A DNA stretch of 64,000 bases from an uncultured archaeon (GTDB taxonomy: Archaea > Thermoproteota > Nitrososphaeria > Nitrososphaerales > Gagatemarchaeaceae). The DNA is taken from the NCBI GenBank assembly GCA_963817525.1, contig CAWFOU010000007.1:160001-224000 (forward strand), given 5' to 3'. Of this stretch, positions 19,232-25,857 are shown one piece after another. Below the pieces are notes generated by a model. The model made no database searches. It was given only the letters and a program-made list of their open reading frames with translations, and was not told where the DNA came from. A program made the translations under genes and the position numbers. Within the stretch, counting starts at the first letter, position 1; each line of letters opens with the position of its first letter.

Positions 19232-19903
19232 ATGACGACGAAAACAAAGACGGCTACGGTCGCAGCCGTGGCGGTGACGCTGGTGGCAGTAATGCTGGCC
19301 TATTCGGCCATGGTACTGCCGGCGTCGGCGCAGACGGCCGCGACATCTTCGACATCCGCATCCGCGTCTAGCAGCAACACACCAGTCGCCCAAGGCCAGT
19401 GGGGCGGCGCAGGAGGCCCAGGCGGGCAGTCCGGACAATTCCAGGGAGGATTCCCAGGAGGGTTCCAGGGCGCTCAAGGGCGAGGAGGCCCGGGTCGCGC
19501 TCCGCAGCAACAGCAGGCAAACCTGACCGTTGGGCAAACAATCACGGTCACCAGCACGCAGGGCAGGTACTTTGTCGTTGGCGACGCCAATGATACAGGG
19601 ACCGCGTCCGGCGCAGTCACCTTCACAGTGACGGGCAAGCTGGCGGCAGGGTACACGCTCTCGATCACTTCGGGCAGCGTCGTGGTCAACGGCACGACTT
19701 ACACCATCTCATCCGGGTCAGCACAGACGGACCCGACAGCCACCACTCTGACCGGGCAGGGAGCTACGACCCCGGCGGGGCAGTTCATCATCCAGGCGGA
19801 GGCCCACGGCAGCTTCGCGGGCTCAAGCGCGACGCTGTCTCTCGACCTCGGCGCGGGATCAACCGAGTACCTAGTCACCCTCGCAGGCTCTGTGGAGGGA
19901 TAG
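19232..19903 (+). CDS. Secreted Thr/Gly-rich beta-strand protein (paralog B) with Gly/Gln-rich linker
   Basis: Signal peptide (ASA-Q), GGPGGQSGQFQGGFPGGFQG linker, LTVGQTITVTST...GSTEYLVTLAGSVEG domain. Confidence 0.85.
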   Translation: MTTKTKTATVAAVAVTLVAVMLAYSAMVLPASAQTAATSSTSASASSSNTPVAQGQWGGAGGPGGQSGQFQGGFPGGFQGAQGRGGPGRAPQQQQANLTVGQTITVTSTQGRYFVVGDANDTGTASGAVTFTVTGKLAAGYTLSITSGSVVVNGTTYTISSGSAQTDPTATTLTGQGATTPAGQFIIQAEAHGSFAGSSATLSLDLGAGSTEYLVTLAGSVEG

Positions 19904-19912
19904 ACTACGGCC

Positions 19913-19930
19913 ACTCGGCCCCTTTTTTTC
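19913..19930 (+). terminator. Archaeal oligo-T terminator
   Basis: ACTCGGCCCC followed by T7 after the stop. Confidence 0.55.
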
Positions 19931-19980
19931 TCACAAAGCGCGGGCAATGGCCCTAGCGGCGGCAGGAGGGCGGACGTGTG

Positions 19981-20133
19981 ATGTCGCAGGTCCACGTCTG
20001 CTCGTACTGCTACCTGATACAGCGGGCCGACAGAGAGGAGCACCAAGGGCTCTCTCCCGAGGACGTTCGGAGGTACCTGGCTCATCTCCGGGCGAAGCAC
20101 GGAGTGACTCCGGGCCCGGAGATAACGGCGTGA
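19981..20133 (+). CDS. 50-aa C2H2-like zinc-finger microprotein
   Basis: Hand-translated MSQVHVCSYCYLIQRADREEHQGLSPEDVRRYLAHLRAKHGVTPGPEITA; AGGAGGG at 19964-19970; the stop overlaps the next GTG. Confidence 0.7.
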   Translation: MSQVHVCSYCYLIQRADREEHQGLSPEDVRRYLAHLRAKHGVTPGPEITA

Positions 20134-20285
20134 GCGTGGTCAGGATGCAGAGAGCCAAGCAAGAGTACCGCTGCGTGATCGACGGCCTCTGGTACGACAG
20201 CATCGAGGCGGTCGCGGCTCACCTCAGGATGCAGCACGGCGTCAGGAACTATAGGATCTACATCGACCTTCGGAAGCCCTGGTGA
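20130..20285 (+). CDS. 51-aa C2H2-like microprotein (CxxD...HxxxxH variant)
   Basis: MSVVRMQRAKQEYRCVIDGLWYDSIEAVAAHLRMQHGVRNYRIYIDLRKPW; GTGA start/stop coupling. Confidence 0.65.
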   Translation: MSVVRMQRAKQEYRCVIDGLWYDSIEAVAAHLRMQHGVRNYRIYIDLRKPW

Positions 20286-20292
20286 GGCTCGG

Positions 20293-21357
20293 CTACCGGG
20301 CGACCTGGGTCTGCATCATCTCGTTCAGGGCGGCCGCGAATATCGGGGCGACCGGGACGATGTGCTTCGTTATGGGCTCCCTGTTCTTGACGGTGTCGGT
20401 GGTGACTATCCTCGACACGCCAGCCCTCGTGAGCCTCTCGAGGGTCGACATTGACGTCGTCTCCCCGGGCGCCTTGCGCTTGTGGTTTATCGCGTGGGTG
20501 CACGCAAGGGTGATGTCGTTGGCCCCCTTCGACCTGAGCCAAGTGGAGACCTTCGCGATGGTCGTGCCCGTCCCTACCATGTCGTCGAAGATCATCAGCT
20601 GCCTGCCCCCTAGGTTGGGGACGCTCCTTCCCGACGCCAGGGAGACGGAGACGTCGTCCCTCTTCCTCACCTTGTCGAAGAGTATCACCTCGTCGTCCGA
20701 GGTCCTGAAGAACCTCTCCACGGGCTCTGCCGCGGGCCTGTGGCCCTTGTCGGGTATCACGATTATTGGGTGCAATATCCCCAGCTTCTCCTTCGCATAG
20801 GCGGCCAGGGCGTCCGTGGCGGTAAGGTTGTAGACCTGCAGGTCAGAGCCGTCTATGGTGATAGGGCCGATCTGCGTGGACTCAAAGTCCACGCGGCCTA
20901 CGCTCCTCCAAAAGTGCACGTCGATGGTGAATATCCGATTGACCTTCATCGCCTTGATCGCCCTGAGGATTGCCCTGATGCTGAGCGCCTCCCCGGGGTG
21001 GAACACTTTGTCCTGACGGGCATGTACCAGATACGGGATGACCAGGTCTATCCACCCCACACGCTGCTCCTTGAGGGCGTCCAGGGTCAGGAGCGTCTCG
21101 ATGAAGTGGTGGTTCTCCACCGGGACGGTCGTCTGGACGTAGATCGCGTGCGACCCGGCCAGGCTCCGCCTGACCTGGTCGAGTGGCAAGCGGACGTAGG
21201 TCTCGCTGTCCGCGAAGTCCTCCGCGAAGACGTCGATGGCCTCACCCAGCCCGAGCGATTTCGCGATACCGCGCGCGATATGGCGCGAGCTTCCTGCCCT
21301 CCCTGCGAAGACGACCGTATTGTCCGGGTTCAAGAGGCTCCGCGTCGAGGTTACCAT
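20293..21357 (-). CDS. Divergent ribose-phosphate pyrophosphokinase-like protein
   Basis: FADSETYVR, PYLVHARQDK, TIDVH and FDDMVGTGTTI (PRT loop). Confidence 0.85.
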   Translation of the reverse strand: MVTSTRSLLNPDNTVVFAGRAGSSRHIARGIAKSLGLGEAIDVFAEDFADSETYVRLPLDQVRRSLAGSHAIYVQTTVPVENHHFIETLLTLDALKEQRVGWIDLVIPYLVHARQDKVFHPGEALSIRAILRAIKAMKVNRIFTIDVHFWRSVGRVDFESTQIGPITIDGSDLQVYNLTATDALAAYAKEKLGILHPIIVIPDKGHRPAAEPVERFFRTSDDEVILFDKVRKRDDVSVSLASGRSVPNLGGRQLMIFDDMVGTGTTIAKVSTWLRSKGANDITLACTHAINHKRKAPGETTSMSTLERLTRAGVSRIVTTDTVKNREPITKHIVPVAPIFAAALNEMMQTQVAR

Positions 21358-21454
21358 TCGCGGGTTCTAAAGGTCGAGACTTCGAAGGCCTTTTTAGTCG
21401 TTATGGATTGGAGAGACACACGGTCGGTGGAAGAGGCGCATAAAGGGGACGTCC

Positions 21455-21829
21455 CTACCCCTCCGGACCTTTGACGTCGATAACCACGGGCCCGCGGCCC
21501 ACCAGGATGTTCGTGATGAGCACCTTCCGCTCCTTGCTCAGGTTCACGTCCCTGTGGATGAGGCCGGCGGGGATGCTGAAGTAGTCCCCCGGGTTCAGCT
21601 CGACCGCTGCCTTCCCCTTCGGCCCGAACTCTAGCTTCATGTGCCCGGAGATCAAGAACCCGTAGAGGTGCCTCTGGCCGTGGTGGTGCCACGCAGACAC
21701 GACGCCGCCACCGACGGTCGACCTGGCGACCAGGATGCCGTCGCCCTCGAAGGCCTTCTCCCGGAGTATGCCTGGCGAAGACCGCCCCTCCGCCAGGCTC
21801 TTCTTGCGGACCACCTCTATCCTTGGCAT
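21455..21829 (-). CDS. Cupin domain protein
   Basis: SAWHHHG and PGDYFSIPAGLIHR. Confidence 0.85.
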   Translation of the reverse strand: MPRIEVVRKKSLAEGRSSPGILREKAFEGDGILVARSTVGGGVVSAWHHHGQRHLYGFLISGHMKLEFGPKGKAAVELNPGDYFSIPAGLIHRDVNLSKERKVLITNILVGRGPVVIDVKGPEG

Positions 21830-22772
21830 GAGCGAGGAGGCGAGACGAATCTAGTTATGCGTATCCTCGAATCCGCGAGGCTACTTTTAATATCGACCGG
21901 GAAGTGGGGGTTTCGGCTGCCCTGGTCGTATAGAGGCCAATGCCGTACATTGGCCCAGTATGCCGCCCTGTCAATAGGGGGTCCTCCCTCCTAGCAGACC
22001 GGCGGTGACGCGGGTTCGAAATCGAGTTCGCTCGACGAATATCCCGCCCAGGGCGCCTACAATTCGACCTCGACTCCCGTCCGTTAGAGGCGGCGGCGAC
22101 CGGCCAATGTGAAAGATACGCGGCGAGTGGAGGAAGGAGAACAAGGCCAAGGTCGAGGATGCTTCGGATACTCCTGTCCCTCTTCATTCGCGTTATTCCA
22201 GGTTGGTTCGGAAGAGGCGCAGGAGTGACCTTGATCTAGGTCGGAGGCAACCCAGAGACCCAATCGGCCCTATTCCGCCTAGGCTTTGTCTGGTTCTTGA
22301 CGGCCGCCTTTCCGAGCGATCGTTCTTTCTTCAGTTGTTCTCCTCTGTTTGCTTCGGCATCCTCCTGTTCTCTTACGAGTTTGCGGTGTTTTTTCGCCGC
22401 GCTCAAATCAATCCTTCCCTCTGTCACCTTGCCGGGTATTTGTCGGTTTTCTCTTGCTTGGGGGATGCTTGCAGCCTCCCTGTCGATTTCGTCTTCGTCT
22501 ACCGGGCAGGGCCCCGGTTGTACCACCACATGGACTTCGACATTTTAGGCGATACGTAGGATTCGACTTCTATACCCGGACTAGAGTTTCTTCTTCGAAA
22601 GAAGGGCGTCCGCTCGGATCATGGTGAACGCATTGGCCAGCGCCTCGGGCGGACTGGCGCCAACCTTGTCGGACGTCGTCGGGGGAAGGTCAGACCGCTC
22701 CTGGGCGAAGAAACCGGATTGGCGCTTAAATCATTAAATATAATCCATCATCATTAGTTGAAACCATCAGCC

Positions 22773-22985
22773 ATGAAGTATCGGGTGAATATCGAGAAAG
22801 ACGAGGACGGCGTGTTCATCGCTAAATGTCCGGCTCTCCCTGGCTGCATCTCGCAAGGCAAGACAAGAAAAGAAGCTCTCGCAAACATCAAGGACGCCAT
22901 GGAAGGATACCTCGCCAGTTTGAAGAGGCACAACGAGCCCGTGCCTCCTTCCATAGAGGAAGAAACGGTAGAGGTCAGTGCCTAA
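22773..22985 (+). CDS. hicB: HicB family antitoxin (short, no DNA-binding domain)
   Basis: EKDEDGVFIAKCPALPGCISQGKTRKEALANIKDA. Confidence 0.92.
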   Translation: MKYRVNIEKDEDGVFIAKCPALPGCISQGKTRKEALANIKDAMEGYLASLKRHNEPVPPSIEEETVEVSA

Positions 22986-23202
22986 GCTTCCTGTCGTTTC
23001 TGGCAGAGAAGTCGTCAAAGCACTTTCCAGAATCGGCTACGAGGTCGACCATCAGACAGGCAGTCACATGATCCTCAGGCTGACCTCTCCACCCCATAGA
23101 AGACTGACAGTTCCGAATCACAAGGAGTTGGCGAAGGGAACGTTACGTGGGATCATTGATGAGGCGGGATTGACTGTGGAGGAATTTCAGCGACTACTTT
23201 GA
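22978..23202 (+). CDS. hicA: HicA family mRNA interferase toxin
   Basis: QTGSHMIL and TVPNHKELAKGTLRGII; overlaps hicB. Confidence 0.93.
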   Translation: MPKLPVVSGREVVKALSRIGYEVDHQTGSHMILRLTSPPHRRLTVPNHKELAKGTLRGIIDEAGLTVEEFQRLL

Positions 23203-23329
23203 ACCACACGTGTGAAGAATTAGTGGTGGCAGGTAGCGGCTGACCTGAACTCCGGCATATAGAACTCGCTGGTTTCTCAGGCGCAGGTTCCTGCGCAAGG
23301 CGCCGCCATTTTTCATCCGGTCCCTCCCC

Positions 23330-23800
23330 TTACTCCAGGCTCAGGTAGAGGAACACGGTGTAGGCGCATATCTCCAAGACGTCCGAGAGTGTGGGGAGCG
23401 AGCCGCTCACGAAGAGGACATGCCCCTGGAGCCCCAGGACGAGGGGGTACGAGAAGACCGTCTGGAGGAAGAGCGCCCCGAGGACTATCACCAGACCCAG
23501 GGCGAAGTTTGCTCTCGTCTCGTTGTAGACCCTCAGGTAGACTACCACGAGCGCGATGAGCAGCGCGACCTCCACGGTTGTGAGGATTACGTGGAGGCGG
23601 ATGGTGGGGTCCGGGTTGAAATGGGGGACGCCGCGGAGAAACGGCGGCGTCGCTTGCGCGGACTGCGTGGAGAGGTCAGCCAAAAGGACCCCCGCCACCA
23701 GCCCGACCAGCAGCACCACAGGTACCCAGAGCTTTCCTGTCGACGACCTTTTCGGCGCGACGACCGGTTGATTGATTCCGTTATTGTTGTTTGTTTCCAA
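23330..23800 (-). CDS. Uncharacterised 4-TM membrane protein
   Basis: Hydrophobic helices and a YLRVYNETRANFALGL segment; last gene of the regulator operon. Confidence 0.75.
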   Translation of the reverse strand: METNNNNGINQPVVAPKRSSTGKLWVPVVLLVGLVAGVLLADLSTQSAQATPPFLRGVPHFNPDPTIRLHVILTTVEVALLIALVVVYLRVYNETRANFALGLVIVLGALFLQTVFSYPLVLGLQGHVLFVSGSLPTLSDVLEICAYTVFLYLSLE

Positions 23801-23806
23801 TTTTTG

Positions 23807-24106
23807 TCAGCCCTTCGCCTTCACTTTCGTCCGCTTCAGGATCCCTTCGAGCGTCGTCCAGTGAGACTCCATGTTCTCGGAGACGAAGTAGACCCTTCCG
23901 TATTTGTCGCCCTCTGCGAGCACTATCTTGTTCGTCTCGAGGACCCTCAGGTGGTGCCTCACCGTCGTGTAGTCAAGGTGCAGCGACTGCGAGAGTTGCT
24001 GCGCGTTCTTCGGCTGCTCCTTCAGGCTGAAGAGAACGAGCGCCCTCGTCTTCGCGCCCGCGCTCCCAGCGAAGAGCCACCAAAGTAGCCGTTCGAAGGA
24101 GTCCAA
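23807..24106 (-). CDS. ArsR-like winged-helix regulator
   Basis: LLWWLFAGSAGAKTR...NAQQLSQSLHLDYTTVRHHLRVL...GDKYGRVYF; TTG 24106 preferred. Confidence 0.88.
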   Translation of the reverse strand: MDSFERLLWWLFAGSAGAKTRALVLFSLKEQPKNAQQLSQSLHLDYTTVRHHLRVLETNKIVLAEGDKYGRVYFVSENMESHWTTLEGILKRTKVKAKG

Positions 24107-24176
24107 CGTGACTACGAAGGCATCCCTCGTCGCTATCGATATTATTGCTTCCTCGGCGGGATGAAAGTGTTCCCAG

Positions 24177-24938
24177 CTAGCGCTTCCCAATCATTTCGAC
24201 CACTACGGGGGGCATAGTCCTCGCCGCGGGGAGAGGCCCCCCTGTGGCGACCGGCTCGACATGCGCCCTCGCGACGAGGCTCCCGAGCCTGCCCGCCCAC
24301 CTCTTCCACGTTCTGGGGTAGTATGACCTAACGAAGCGCAGGACATCGTCGCGGTCCGCCGCCACCTCGTAGACCACCCCGTCGCTGTTCCTGCTCTTGC
24401 TCACCACGCCGAGGCGCGTGAGCCGGTCCATGTGCCAGGAGACCGTCGGCTGCGAGTGTCCGAGGCCCTTCGCGAGGCCGCCCTGGGTCATCGTCCCTTG
24501 GAGGAGCAGGAGGAGGATCTCTCGCGGAGTCTCCTGCGAGAGGACCCCCAGGAGGACCTCCTGGTCCTCCCTGAAGACCAACGTCGGGAAGACGAAGCGG
24601 TAGAACCCGTTCTTCATAGTCTTGACGAAGCCGTTCCTCTCCAGCCAGAAGAGGTGGTAATGCAGGTCGCCGGTGGCGAGGCCGAGGTCCCTGGCCATCC
24701 CGCGGACATGCGCACCCGGGTGCTCGCGGACGTACTCGTAGATGACGCCGCGCCGAGTGAGGCCGGACTCCGCCCCTGCCGGTTTGCTCACCAGCTGCCT
24801 CCCGCGGGCTGGGCCCGCCAATGCCGTCCTCCTGCCCCTGGCCTCGGTGAGGCCCGAGTGGCCGTCGAGGAACCTGCCGAGAGGCTCGAACGGCGAGGCG
24901 GCGAGCCTCCGGGTCCCGTCGCTCAGAACCCCGTTCAT
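24177..24938 (-). CDS. Tandem double winged-helix regulator
   Basis: IYEYVREHPGAHVRGMARDL..LHYHLFWLE and TQGGLAKGLGHSQPTVSWHMDRL. Confidence 0.88.
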   Translation of the reverse strand: MNGVLSDGTRRLAASPFEPLGRFLDGHSGLTEARGRRTALAGPARGRQLVSKPAGAESGLTRRGVIYEYVREHPGAHVRGMARDLGLATGDLHYHLFWLERNGFVKTMKNGFYRFVFPTLVFREDQEVLLGVLSQETPREILLLLLQGTMTQGGLAKGLGHSQPTVSWHMDRLTRLGVVSKSRNSDGVVYEVAADRDDVLRFVRSYYPRTWKRWAGRLGSLVARAHVEPVATGGPLPAARTMPPVVVEMIGKR

Positions 24939-25144
24939 TCCGTCAGCTCGTCTCCTTTGGGCCGGGGCTGGTTCACCTTGTCATCGGGAAGCCGCACCCC
25001 GTGCGCGATCTGGAGATGGTGGAGGTACATCTCTCGGTCGTACGAGGAGCGATACTGGCCTCTCCCCATGCTCTGGAAGAGCAGGCAGATGGTGCACTTT
25101 TGCTGCGTCTGCTGGCGGTCCGACCGACGGAGGTGGTGCGCCAT
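24935..25144 (-). CDS. 69-aa C2H2-like zinc-finger microprotein
   Basis: KCTIC...YLHHLQIAHGV; ATGA overlap with the downstream regulator. Confidence 0.7.
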   Translation of the reverse strand: MAHHLRRSDRQQTQQKCTICLLFQSMGRGQYRSSYDREMYLHHLQIAHGVRLPDDKVNQPRPKGDELTE

Positions 25145-25151
25145 GCTGGTC

Positions 25152-25400
25152 TCACCGCGAGGGTCGTGCCCAGCTCCGGGCGGGCTGGACGAGGCCTCTC
25201 TCCATCATGAGCCCGGTAAGGTACGAGTCGACGATGCCGACCCCCGCCGCCGTGAGCGGTAGAAGGCTTGAGACGAAGTCCAGGCCTTCGAGCGTTACCT
25301 GCGCGCGCCGGGCACACGAGTGGGCCGACGCGAGAATCTTGGCCGACGGGGTCAGCGGCCCCGTCGACTCCCTTCCAGCTTCGACGTTTGCGCGTGACAT
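25152..25400 (-). CDS. Hypothetical protein, first gene of the regulator operon
   Basis: ATG about 35 nt after the TATA-like box; ends 7 nt before the next gene. Confidence 0.45.
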   Translation of the reverse strand: MSRANVEAGRESTGPLTPSAKILASAHSCARRAQVTLEGLDFVSSLLPLTAAGVGIVDSYLTGLMMERGLVQPARSWARPSR

Positions 25401-25433
25401 TCTGGGTCCTTGCATCCAAGGAGCCCCGCTCAC

Positions 25434-25478
25434 TATATAGTGGATTTCCGAGATTATTCCCAAATCTTTAGAGAATCG
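25434..25478 (-). promoter_or_regulatory. Conserved 45-bp promoter/operator element, copy 2
   Basis: Minus strand reads CGATTCTCTAaaGATTTGGGAAtaatctcGGAAATCCAcTATATA. Confidence 0.75.
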
Positions 25479-25531
25479 GCGCAAGAAAAGGGCTCGATTC
25501 GCGAGGCGACAAAGCCTTTTTTTGGAAGCAG

Positions 25532-25834
25532 GTGAGTCCCCTCCTTGTGAGCAAGGAAGAGTTCCAGATGTGGTTCAAGACGGGGTCGAGGTTCCCCCTC
25601 GCCATCAAGGGTCACACCTTCGCCCTCTCCCGCGACGGCATGGTCAAGGTCGACGGCGGCAAGTTCGTCTACGAAGAGGCGCTGCAGCTGGTTGCGATGT
25701 TGAACTCGCGCAGCCCGTTCACCCAGATGAACGCGACGCTGGTGATCTGGGAGAGGAACGGCGCGCTGAGGTTCATAGTCATCGCCTTGCTGGTCATCCT
25801 AGTGGCCGCCGTGTTCGTGATAGCGAACAGGTGA
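25532..25834 (+). CDS. Hypothetical protein with C-terminal membrane anchor
   Basis: Coding-like codon usage and a C-terminal hydrophobic helix. Confidence 0.65.
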   Translation: MSPLLVSKEEFQMWFKTGSRFPLAIKGHTFALSRDGMVKVDGGKFVYEEALQLVAMLNSRSPFTQMNATLVIWERNGALRFIVIALLVILVAAVFVIANR

Positions 25835-25857
25835 GCCCGGAGGCCCGTGTGGGCTTT

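Noticed and set aside
21855-22627. Several overlapping 80-120 aa ORFs
   Set aside because: No motifs, conflicting strands and atypical composition; none can be supported.
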